NCBI GenBank assembly: GCA_000388065.2
Contig: KB932208.1
Length of the DNA stretch: 64,000 bases
Direction: 5' to 3' (one strand)
DNA from: Fonticula alba ATCC 38817
Taxonomy: Eukaryota > Protista > Nucleariida
Both the position numbers and the translations under genes were made by a program. Positions 25,904 through 37,665 of the stretch are shown here, piece by piece. Numbering within the stretch: the first letter of the stretch is position 1; each line of letters opens with the position of its first letter. Under the pieces are notes generated by a model. That model was not told the origin of the DNA. It was given only the letters and a program-made list of their open reading frames with translations, and searched no databases.

Positions 25904-28279
25904 CTACCCGGTGCCTCCGACACTGGACTCTTGTTGCCCTGCAGTGAGTCGGCCTCGGCCGTGCGGGGCCCGGCACGCCTGCTCTTGCCGACCTCCGCGT
26001 TGACCTGCCTCCACGGCCTGCCGCCGCCCGAGCCCCGCGTCATCCGCACCGGCCAGGGCCCTCTGGCCGATGGTCCCCCCCTCGCCAGGCCCGAGATCCT
26101 GCCCGCCCCCCTCCCTGTCGGGCCCCGTCCCGTCGGTTTCACCAGCCAGCGCTGCCCCCCCCCCTCCCCGGGCCCTGGTGGCCCATGCCACCTCGACCGA
26201 TCCCCGGTCCGGCCGTGTGGGAGGTGTCCCGCCGGCATCCTCGAGCCACGCCATCGGCGGGTGCCAGCTGCCGGGTCGAGGCCGAGAACCCTGCGACCAC
26301 GTCGCCCCCCGCCGCCCCGCATGTCCCTCTTCGCCCGGGCCCGGGCACCCCCCTCCACGCCGTGCCTCGCCCCGGGAAACATGTCGCCCAACTCGCGACA
26401 CCCGGTCCCAAAGTGCCCATCCACACCAGGCCCCGTGGGAGTGGCGCGCCACCGCCTGCACGCGGGGCCTCCCACCACTCCAGTGCCACGGCTCGCCCGC
26501 TGCCGCCACCGACCCTGTCACGCCCCACCCCCCGAGCTCCGGCCGCAAACGCAAACACCAAACGCCGAGCCCCCCGCCCCCCAGGTCCGGCCACGCTCCA
26601 GCACCCCGGGCCCCATGACGCCTGCCATGGCCTCGCGCCAGCCGCCTGCTCGGGACTGGCCCGACACGTCGCGCGATGCCTCCCGGTGCAGGGCAGCCGC
26701 GCAAGGACCCGGGCCCCGGTGGCCGCCCATCGCACCCCCTTCCGAGCGAGCCGCGGCCCAGGGCCGAGGGCGGGGCAAGCCATCGGCCCTGACATCCGGG
26801 GCAAGATCCCGGCGTGCGATCCACCGGCCTGGCTCCGCTCTCGCGCCACCGCCCAGACTTCGCCGCATGTGCGATGTCGCTCGCGGACGATGTCCCGTGC
26901 GCCATCCGGCCGCCGGGCCCAGCGCAGCCCGTCGCACAGGGCAAACGCCCACAGCCAGGCACACGCCCGTCGGCCCGATGGCGGTGAATCCGACCCCCCC
27001 CCCCATCGACGGTGATCCCTTGCCCTTACATCCGTCTGCCAGTCGACCAGCCTTCCATGCCATCAGACTGCCCACAGCTTGGCACATGTGGGGGTCGCCG
27101 CTCGGCTCGCGCCTCCCCGGCTCGCGCCTCCCCGGCTCGCCTGCACTGCCCCATGGTCCTCGCCTGCGTGCATGCTCCAGCAGCCAGTGCATCTCCCTTT
27201 CCCACGAGGGTGTCCCGGCAGAGAGCGACAGCCTGCCCGCCAACCACTCCCCGCCCTTCTTCCCCTATCTGGCCCTCGCAGTTCTTACACTCTTGCGGAG
27301 GTCGCCGGTCGAGCGTGGCAATGCGCTTGGCGCCTGGCACCGCCCTCAGCGGCCCCCCCGGCCGCCGCTCATTTCCCGACGTATTCTTTCGTCCCAGGCC
27401 CCTTTCTCCGCCTCGATCACAGGGTGGGCCGTTCTGGGTGGCAAGCTCAGTGCCGCCTCAGGGATCCGGCCGCTGTCAGGACACGGCTAGTTCCGCGAAG
27501 GAAGGCCTTTCATTCTCTCCGGTCAAAAGCACCATTCGCACGGCCGCCGGGCCGGAGTCGGCAGGACGGCGCCCATGAAGCCCAGTCGAGTGCACCCCCC
27601 CCCCGCCCCCCCCCCCGATAGAGCCCCGGGCTTCGGCGACCCAGGGCCGAGCCGACCTCGCCGGGGCGAGACTTGTCCGCTCGGGTCACCCAAGGTAGTC
27701 CCGACCTCGGGGCACATGCCACGGGTCGATCGATGCTCGACCGGGCGCGCTTCGAGCCCCCTCGGGCCAGCCTCCCCCTGCGGCGTGCCATGAGCCCCGG
27801 TGTCCGGGTCCCCGACTCGGGGCGGCCCCTCGGGCCCGGTCGCCAATGCCCACGCTACCCAAAATGAGCCCCTCGGCCGCGAGCCCTTCCCGGCGCCGGG
27901 CGCCTCGGGGGCCTGCCGGCCATGGTCAGAGTGAAGCCGGCAACCGCGCCGCAGGCCAGTCAGCCATCTCCTCATGAAGGCGCATCACCGCCATGCATGC
28001 AAGCGCATCCCTCATGCGGCGCTTCCCGGGTCCCCAACCGCGGGCCCTCCGACCGCGGGGCGGCCGCCCGGATCGAGCATGCCCTGGTGGCCTTGGTCGA
28101 TGGCCAGGTGGCCATTCACGCGCAGAGCCGGCGCGAGGCAGTCAGAGGAGATGGATCACCGCCGGACAGGCTCCATCATCCCCCTTTGTGCCGCCAGGGT
28201 GCGGGTCAGCTGCCTGCAGCCGGGCGTTCAGGCCGTGGCCAACATGCCGGCCGAAGCTGGCAGCCATGGCCGGCCCGCT

Positions 28280-31030
28280 CTACCGGCGCCCTGCACGCAG
28301 CCCGCAAGCCCCCATGGCCAAAGCCCGATTGGTTGCCCTGGCGTCTCCCCCCTCTCCCTCACGCACATGCACACACACACACACACACATGCGCCAGGCA
28401 GACCGGGAAAGCGCGACCATGCATGGGCGCGTGCACAGACACACACGCTCAGGCACTCGTGCACGCAGACACACACGCACAGACACTCGTGTACGCAGAC
28501 ACTCGTGCACAGACACACTCTCACACGCTCTCACACAGACACACTCTCACACAGACACACTCTCACACACTCTCACACTCTCACAACCACTCTCACACTC
28601 ACACAACCACTCTCACACTCACACACAGGCAGGTCTATATCTTCACAAGTACGGCTGACACTGGCGCAGCCGATGCAGCGTGGTATGCGCCAGCTCGCTG
28701 GCCTGTTTCATGCCAATCCCCGGGTTGGCAGCCAGCACACGCGAAACTTCAAACGCATGCGCGCACGGATGGTGCGCATACATCGGCGCCCGGAAGGCAT
28801 CGCCCTGCCGGGCACGCAGCGAATTCACCACCTGCGGCAGGGTGCACCCCAGGTCCGCGGCCACCTGGTGCAGCAGCACCGGCCGGCCGTGCCCGGTCAC
28901 CGCCGCCAGCAGGGCCGGCACCTTGCGCTCCGGCACGAACATGCCCCCCGGCCCGGCCCCGGCCCAGGGGGGCTGCGCCAGGAAAAAGTACTCCGGGCAA
29001 TACCGGTGCAGCATGGAATACACCCGGTCCGGCGGCAGGCCCATCTCCCGGGCCAGCTCCCGGACCGTGTACCGCATGCGCCGGGGCTTGGTCGGGTGGA
29101 CCTCCGCCGCCAGACGCCGCAGCCGTCGGATGCTCGCCGGGGGCAGCTCCAAAAACCGGAACCCATACTGCCACAGCCCCTCCAGGCCGCCCCGGCCCAG
29201 GTGCTGCCGCAGGGTGGTCTCCGACTCGTCCAAGTGGTCCACCAGCTCGGCCAGCAGCAGCGGCGGCCGCAGGGCCAGGGCCAGCAGCTCCTCCGGCAGC
29301 CCCGGCCGGTACACGTCCCCGGGCTCCGGCGGCGGCCCCGGCCGCTGTGGTCGCCGGCCCCCGCGCGTCCGCCGCCGCTTGCCCTCGGCACCCGGGCCCG
29401 CTTCCGGGCCGTGGTCGGGCTGGTCGGCCGCCGGCGCCGACAGGGCCCCCTGCCCCGCCGGGATCGCCTCGCCATGAATCGGCGACCCGGCTGGCAGATA
29501 CCGGCGCGCATACTCGGCCAGGGTCAGCCGCCCGTAATCCGCCGGCCGGGTCAGCTGCCGGATCGGCTGCTCCGCATTGTGCGGGATCACCGCCTCGGGC
29601 AGGAGCCGCGCCAAATGCCGGCGCACCACGCGCGCCGGCACCCGCAGCACCTGCGCCGCCCGGGCCACCGTCAGCCGCCCCGGCTCGGCGGCCAGCAGCT
29701 CCTGCAGCCGGGCCACACCCTCCGAGTCGAGGTCCCTCCCCGACAGGCGGGTCACCTGCTCGGTGTACAGCGCCGGCCCATGCGCGTCGAAGGTGGTCTG
29801 CTCCAGCCGCACCAGGGGGCTCGGCCCGGCCTGCGACACCGACCCCGTCACCAGGACCTCCCGCAGCCCGGGCAGCCGATCCACACGCACGCGCGGCACC
29901 ACCAGATCCACATACTCCGGCAGGTGGGCCGCCAGGGCCTGGGACACCTCGCGACGAGGCGCCGACAGCAGCAACGCCATGTGGTCCAGGGCCAGGGCCG
30001 GGGCCACGGTGCACAGCGCCCGTAGGCGGGCCATGCTCAGCCGGCCCCCGGGCTCCGAGGCCCGGCCCATGGCCTGCGGCAGGTGCAGCTCCAGCAGGGC
30101 CGCCACCTGCCCCCGGTCCAAGCCCACCAGCCGCCCCAGCAGCGGGTTCGGAATGGGCGGATCCCGCTGCGCCAGCGTCGCCAGGTCCTCGAATGCCGGG
30201 TCCCCGGGCCGGACCTCGGGCCGCGCCTGGTCCGACGGCCGCCCCGGCCGGCCGATGGCAAACCTCGGCCCATACCGCGCCAATAGCACGCGCACCGACG
30301 CGCGATCCATGCCCAGCAGTCGGCCCATGGTGGCCACCTCGACCGCCGGCTGTGACAGCCCCGCCAGGCGCAGGAACAGCCGGAAGTCCGCCACGCTGTC
30401 GAACCCCTGCGGCAGGGGCTCCCGGCCCTCGGCGATGGCCCGGCACAGACGCTCCCCGCGCCCGGGGGCCACCGCTCGCGGCGGCTCATCCCGGCTCCCG
30501 GCCCGCCGGGCGGCCCCCCCCATGCCGGGGGAAGGCCCGTCAGGGGTGGACAAAGTGGCCCCGGCATTGGCCACAGCGAGCCCGGCGCGAGGACCGGTCC
30601 GACCATCGGCCGGAGCCTCGCCGGCAGCGATGGGAGCAGCTACCGAGCCGGGATGCGGGCCCGGCCGCCGGTCGGCCGGCAGACCCCCTCCCCGAGTCAC
30701 ACCCGGCAGATGGCCGGCAACATCGTCCAAAGAGCGGGGAGTCGCGCCCGCCGAAGGGGGCTCTCGGTCGGCCGGGGCATCCCCCCGGCCGGCAGTGCTA
30801 CCCGGGCGTTCGGCCGCCCCATCCCCGCCACATCGATCCGCCACGCTCCGACGGCGTCGCTGGTCTTCGCCGTCCCGCCGACCGGCAGCGCCCTGGTCGG
30901 GCTCCGGCCGGCGACGCCCGGCCAGCTGGGACCACCGATCGCCAGATGGCCCGGGCACCCGGCCCGTTGACATGGCACGGCTGCCTACCACCAACATGCG
31001 ACCAAAGGCCACGCGGGTGCATGTCAGCAT
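28280..31030 (-). CDS. Unrecognised protein with ~8 tandem tri-helical HTH-like modules and a mitochondrial-presequence-like N-terminus
   Basis: Long ORF (part of 28643-31606) with repeating motifs such as [62 protein letters not shown]. Likely start [22 protein letters not shown] (ATG at 31030 or 30997). A possible CA-rich intron 28652-28338 joins in frame to a last exon ending at 28280; if unspliced the stop is at 28643. Confidence 0.75.
28360..28630. repeat. Degenerate CA/CT microsatellite inside the predicted intron
   Basis: Runs of CACACA, CACACTCT and CACAGA units. Confidence 0.85.
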
Positions 31031-31743
31031 TGACAGGGATGCGCGTCCAGGACCGAGGGGGGCACGTTCAAAAGGCCGGGGGGACGGGCAGGCAGGGAAA
31101 GGAGAAAGGAGGCAGGCACCGGACAGAGAGAGAGAGAGAGAGAGGGCGCGGAAAGGAAGGGGCAAGCTACATGCCAAGTCCCGAAGGGGCAGCCATGCCG
31201 CGTCCCGCGCGCTGATAAGTCCCCCCTGCCTTCTTTGCCGCCTCCCGGCCCCGGCCAGAGCCCATAACCACGTAAGCGGTCCGAGGGCCCGGCCGCGGCC
31301 CCATGCACCGATCGCCCGATCGCTCGTCCCGCTGTCCCCCCGCCCCCCGATTCGGGGGCGCACACACGTGTACACACACACACGCACACACGCAAGGCGC
31401 CAGTCCCCCAGGCTGGCTGGCAAAGAACCGGGGCCGGTCCGGGCTGTGCGTGGGCACCTCGTCCAATCTGAGCACCAAGGCTTCAGCCGCTGTCCCCCGT
31501 CCCCCCCGCCCCCGGACCTCCTATCCCGTCCAACGCCTCGACACTGACACGACGGCCAAAAAAGGCGGCAGGCGCGGCACATTTGTATTTCTGGCGTCCC
31601 AGCCACGGCGCGGCACCAGCGCTCCCGGCGCCCATGGCCGCTTGGTTGACGCCATCAGGAGACGGCCACCAGGGGGGGGAGGGGGGGCTCGCTCTACGCG
31701 ATGGCACCCGCCCCCCGCCCGCGGCAACATGTGTGGGGGTCCT

Positions 31744-34280
31744 TCAATTTCCGGGCGTCAGGGATTTGAGCCACGCCTTGGCCGCCGCATGGATGTCCTT
31801 GGTGTGTTCCCGGTTTCGGGCGTACACGCGCAGGCGATACTCGATAAAGGGGCCGTCCAGGTCGGGCAGCGGCGTGTCGCGGGGCAGCAGCAGCAGCTCT
31901 TCACCCCGGCAAGAGAGGAGGCAGTCAAGGGGAGGAAAGAAAAGAAAAGAAGGAAGCGGCGAGGCCTCCCCGTGTTAGATGATGCACAGCGGGAGAGGGG
32001 CCCAGCCGAACGCGCGCACATGTGCCCGTTTTTAAGCACGTACTGTCCGGCTTGTCCTTGGAGAAGAAGAGCACCTTGACCATCGGGTCGTTCTCCTTGT
32101 CACCGTGGTGGATGGATGCCAAATCCACATGGAAATCGTCCCTCTTTCATGGCGCACACCGGGAGGGTGAGACGTCTTTCCGGCCGGATGCATGGCGGAG
32201 GGCAGAAAGAAGGGGAAGGACAGCGAAAAAAAAAAAAGACAAAAGAAAACACACGACCGGGGCAAGCAGGTCGCGCGTCAGCCCGCCCCCACCGGCGAAC
32301 ATACCCGGAGCTTCTCGGTGCTGTCCTTCTCAAGGATCTGGTTCTTGAGCCCATCCTCCTTGGCCGCGCGGGTCTGATACAGTTTCCGTGTTGTGAATCC
32401 CATCGGCGCACCGGGAGACCGACCTTCAGGTCAGCAACAGCGCCCGGGCCATGAGGCGGAAGGGGCCCGCTCCGATCCCCCCACACCCCCCCCCCCCCAC
32501 CCCCCCCCCCCTTGCACATGCGGCGTACGCACCAGATCCCGGTACAGGGTCCTGTTGTAGAACACCTTCTCGAAGGCCAACTGATAGAGGTCGCGCTTGC
32601 GGATGCGCTCCACCAGGCCCCGGGCCTGGGCCATGCTCTTGAAGTGCTCGGACTCGCTGTTCTTGTCGCACGGCTCCGGGTCGCCACACATGCACCGCCA
32701 GCCGTGGGCCGCCGACGCGGCAATCTGGTCCAGGATGCCGTCGGTCAAGTGCACATACATGGCCGGGTTGTGGACCATGCTTGAAATGCGCAGGGCCCCG
32801 TCGGCCTTCAGTAGCGCATCCACCACCATCAGGTTGATGGCCTCGGCTGCATGTGCCATCGCGGGGGGACCGAAGTCCAGAGGTACACGGGAGTACACAG
32901 AAGCATGGAGAAGCAGAAAAAAAACCCCAGAAGCACGCAGAGACAGACAAACACACAGATACACACATACATGACGGCGGCAGCGGGTTAGAGATGCAAC
33001 AGCCACACGGCAAAGCAGAAGCCATGGCCCATATGACGCACAGACGCGATGCGTGTACACATGCTTGAACAGGTTGAAGCGCGTCTGGAACATCAGCCGC
33101 AGGTTGGGGAACTCCTTCTCCGGGAAGGCGATCTGCCCCTCGACAATGCGCGCGCTGTTCACCAGGCGCATGGGGTTGTACGCGGTCTGGGCCCCGGCAT
33201 TGTAGGTGTCCCGGCGGAAGTAATCAAACCGGTCCACATCGATGCCGGTGTCGTCATTGGCCACGATCTGGAAGAGGAAGCGCACTTCCGGCGAGGCATA
33301 CCGCTTCAGGCTGGCCGGCACGTCGGCCTGAGCGCGCAGGCCCTTCCCACTGTCGATGACGGCCTTCACCAGGCCCGGGCTGAAGGGGATGTCGCCATTC
33401 TGCTTGGACTTGAGCCACATCAAGCCATCGGCATCCTCCTGAAGACCCAGGTACCGCAGCAGATCGTCGAGCATGTCCACCGACCCTTTCTCATGCGTCC
33501 AGTGGTCGCCCTTCGGCGCGTCGCTGGGTCATCCCATTGTCCCCGGTCATCCCGCGCCCCGCGCGCGCGCGAGCATCCACCGCCCACAGCATGGTGTTAG
33601 TATGCCCCGGCAGAAGGAAGCATCCCCCCCCCCCCCGCCCCCTGGCCCCATGTGGCCGAGTGCAAGCGCCCACACACACACACACACACACACGTACACA
33701 GCCCGGAGCATGAAGTTCCCATCAAACAGGTGGCTAAAGGGCCCGTGCCCCAGATCATGGCACAGCCCGGCGATGATCAGGCTGGTGCGTACTGCCAGGA
33801 AGTCCAGCCCGGCGAAGGCCCCCGGCTGCGTGGCCCACAGCCGATCCACCAGCGTCCGGGTCAGATGGCCCACCCCGAGCGAATGCTCGAAGCGCGTGTG
33901 CGCCGCGCTCGGGAACACGTACGACGTGATGCCCAGCTGCTTCAGGCCCCGCAGCCGCTGGAAGTGCGGCGTGTCCACGATCTGGAAGAAGTACTGCCCC
34001 CGGTCGGTCGGCACGACGGGACCAAAGGCCCAAGCAAGGGCACGAAGGAAATACATGACCACCATCAGCACCGGGCCCAAGAGGAAGGTGGCACATCCGC
34101 CCGCCCGCGTGGAGGCGCAGCAGGGGAGAAGAGGAAAAGGACACATGGGGCGAGCGAGCGAGCGAGAGAGAAAGGCAGTACCTCTTCCAGGGCGTAGTCG
34201 TTGTGGATGCTGTCGTTCAGAGTGCGCAGCTCATGGTTGATGGACACCCCGGGAGGGAGGGGCTCGGACTTGGAGACCAT
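31744..34280 (-). CDS. SAMHD1: SAMHD1-like HD-domain dNTP triphosphohydrolase, paralog A (multi-exon, no SAM domain)
   Basis: Spliced exons give [117 protein letters not shown] and [10 protein letters not shown], matching the ordered motifs of SAMHD1-family enzymes. Confidence 0.92.
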
Positions 34281-35167
34281 GGCCGAGGGTGTGCGTGGAG
34301 AGAAGGGATGTGCGTGTGAATGTGTGCACGCGCACGGGAAAGACCGAAAGAAAGAGGCAAGATGGAGTGAAATCCGATGCCAGGCCACGCCCGGGGCCCC
34401 AGCGTCATTTATATGCCGCCCTTGCCCCGGGCCATCAGGCGGACCGAGGCCGGCGCCCGGGCGATCGAGCGACGGGCCGCCCCCGGGGCCTCGCCGGGCA
34501 GATCGCTGGCCCCGCCCCGCCCCGTCCCGCCCCCCAGTCGCGTCCATCGCCCTCGCGACTCATGCGGCCTGGTGTGTGCTGCTCGGGTTTCGTGCCTCCG
34601 GCCGGCCCCCCGCTCCGTTCTCGGCAAAGAGCAAACACCCGGGGCGCGCCAGGCGTGTGTCTGGCGCCATTGGCCCCCCCCCCCCCCCCCGCCGCCGTCG
34701 TCCGACCAGCCAATGTGCGTTCGGCCGGTAGACACACAACAAACGCCGGTAGGCCCCCGCCCCGAGGCACGTGCATCAACGCCCGCCGAGCCCAGTATAT
34801 TTACTGCCCAGGAGGAGCCGACCGCATGATGCCAGCGCACGGAGGGACCATCCAAGGCAGGCACACACATCCAGCCCCCTGCCGACCCCTGCGGGGGAAA
34901 ACAAACAGAGCATTTTCGCGACGCGGGGTCGTGGCCCCCGTATCATGAGCCGACGTCGTCGGTCACATGCACCCATGAGCGCCGGACCCCCCGATTGGCA
35001 CCGGCATCAAGCACCAGGCCCACGGGTCGGCCATGCTCAGAGGGGCCATGCTGAGAGCCCGCCAGGCGAGAGGCATTAATTCAGAACAGGGAGCGTGTCC
35101 GCGGCGCCTGCCTGCGGGGGGTGTGCGCCCGCGCCGGGGCACCCCGCGGTCGGCCGCCGCGCGTGGC

Positions 35168-37665
35168 CTACCGGCGAGGCGCCGCCCCTTGGGCCCGGGT
35201 TCTCTGGTGCTCGAACCACTCCCTCGTCGCCTGGTGGATGCGGGCCTTGTCCTGCTTGTTGCGCACATACACGCGCACTCGGTACTCCCCGAAGGGTCCC
35301 TTGAAATCCGACGCGACACTGCCGGACCTGTCCAGCAGCCCTTTGCGCGGGGGGGGGCCGGCCATTCGGTCGATGGTTCGGTCGATGGTTGAATGTTGAT
35401 CGAGTCGATGGTCCAGCCAGTTGTACAGTCACCCAAGCGGCCAATCGTTCGGTCAGTTGTCTAGCCAGTTGCTTGGCCAATCAGCCGCTCGCTTGGCCAT
35501 TGCACAGTACGATGCACCTCCCCCCTCCACAGCCAGAGGGCCGCCCACGGCCAAAAGGCGGTCACCCGCACGCCCCCATCCCCTCGGCCGCGGAGGACGC
35601 ACTGTCCGGGTCTTCCTTGCCGAAGAACAGCACCTTCCGCATGGGGTCCTCCGCCCTGGCCCCATGGTGAATGGTGGCCAGCTGCACATGCATGTGGTCC
35701 TGCGCGAGCGGCACCCCCCGTCGAGGCAGGCCCGGTTAGCCGGGCACACAATGCGGCCACCGTGGCCCGTCACCTGCAGCGTTTCCCCGCCCTCCTCGCC
35801 CGCCCGGCCCGCCGCGTGTGTCACACCTACCATCGCCGGGTCCGCTGTGCTCTGGAGGATTTCGCTCTTGAGTGCCTCCTCGCCAATGGCCGCCAGGTGG
35901 GCGCTCTGCACCCGGCCAGCCATCGGCCACCGGCCGCCGTCCAGGTCAGTGAAATGCCCGACCGCCGCCTGCGAAGAGCCCGCCGCCCGCCCTGCCCCCC
36001 ACACCCACGCACATGCGCGGGCATGTGCAACACGCGCACCAGGCTCCCATGCAGCGCATGGTCATAGAACACCTCCTCGAAGGCCAGCTTGTAGAGGTCG
36101 CGCGTGCGGATGCGCTCGACCAGGGCCCGGGCCCGGGCCATGCCCTTGGCATGCCGCGACTCGCGGTTGTCCGCGCAATTGTCCCGGGCGTCGCACTGGC
36201 ACCGCCACCGGCGCGTGCCCGACGCCGCAATCTCATCCAGAATCCCATCATTCAAGTGCATGTACGCCGCCGGGTCATGGATCATGCTGGAAATGCCCAG
36301 CGCCCCGTCGGCCTCCAGCAGCGCGTCCACCGCCATCAGGTTGACGATCTCCGCTGCAATGGTCCCCGGGCCCTTGCGACGCATTAGTGCCCGGAGCCTC
36401 CTGCCGGTGGATCGTGCATCTCCCGCCCCCGCCCCCCGCCCCCGCCTTGGCCTGGACCCTGACGACACGCACACACCCGGTGCGTGTACACCTGCCTGAA
36501 CAGGCTGAAGCGCGTCTGAAACAGCAGCCGCAAGTTGAAGAACTCCTTCTCCGGGAAGGCGATCTGCCCCTGGACAATGCGCGCGCTGTTCACCAGGCGC
36601 ATGGCCACGTAGCTCACCTGCGACCCGGCGTTGTAGGAGTCCCGGCGGAGGTAGTCAAACCGGTCGACATCCACCCCGGTATCGTCGTTGGCCACGATCT
36701 GGAAGATGAACCGCACCTCGGGCCTGGTGTATGGGGCCAGGCTGCCCGGGGCAGGGGCCAGCCCCCCGGGGCCGCCGGCGATGATGGCCTTCACCAGCTC
36801 CGGATGGAAGGCTGCCGGCGCGGCCCGGCCAAAGGTCACCACCCCCTGGGCATTCGGCTCCAGACGCAGGAACCCGAGCAAATGGTCGAACATATCGACC
36901 GAGCCCTTTTCGTGCCTCCACGCCGGCGCCCGGGGGCGGCCATCGGCCTGGTGCCGGGCGCTGTGCCGGCCATGTGCCCACATCGGGCCCGGCGCCCGCC
37001 CGATCTCGTGCATGGGGTCAGCTTGGTTGCCTCGGGCATGGCGGATGATGGGCCGCGCCCGGAGGATGCCCCGAACGCACGCGGCCCGGGGGAGGAAGTT
37101 CCCATCAAACAGGTGGCTAAAGGGCCCGTGCCCCAGGTCATGGCACAGCCCGGCGATGATCAGGCTGTTGCGCACCACCGGGAAGTCCAGCCCGGCGAAG
37201 GCCTCCGGCTGCGTGGCCCACAGCCGATCCACCAGCGTCCGGGTCAGGTGGCCCACCCCGAGCGAATGCTCGAAGCGCGTGTGCGCCGCGCTCGGGAACA
37301 CGTACGACGTCACGCCCAGCTGCTTCAGGCCCCGCAGCCGCTGGAAGTGCGGCGTGTCCACGATCTGGAAGAAGTACTGCCGCCGGTCGGTGGCCCGCGG
37401 CCGCCCCCCCCCCCGGCCACCGCCGTGAGGGTACACCCGCGCGTCAGTGTACGCCTCCCTAAACACCCATGCGGCTGGGCTAGCGCGTGTTACACCCCCC
37501 CCCCCCCCATCGGCCACCGGTCCGAGGTACCTCCTCCAGCAGATAATCCCCATGGATGCTGTCATTCAGGTTCCGGAGTTTGTAGCGTGGCTGCCGCCCG
37601 GCGCGGTCGCCGTCAGGAGCCTCCACTCGCACGGCCGCCGGCCCTGGCATGCCCTCAGCCGTCAT
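35168..37665 (-). CDS. SAMHD1: SAMHD1-like HD-domain dNTP triphosphohydrolase, paralog B (multi-exon, no SAM domain)
   Basis: Same motif series as paralog A ([80 protein letters not shown]), with introns at homologous positions. Confidence 0.92.

Noticed and set aside
27922-31547. Long plus-strand ORFs opposite the HTH-repeat gene
   Set aside because: Antisense shadows with Pro/Ala/Arg-rich composition; the minus frame carries the structured repeats.
36961-37080. Apparent 40-aa insertion in SAMHD1 paralog B (ORF reads through)
   Set aside because: It is a 120-nt stop-free intron (GTGCGT...GCTGAC...CAG) at the same position and phase as an intron in paralog A.
28280-37665. Operon-like defence island (HTH regulator plus two dNTPases)
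   Set aside because: These are intron-containing eukaryotic genes with separate upstream regions. Adjacency alone does not show functional linkage; it would need conserved synteny or co-expression.
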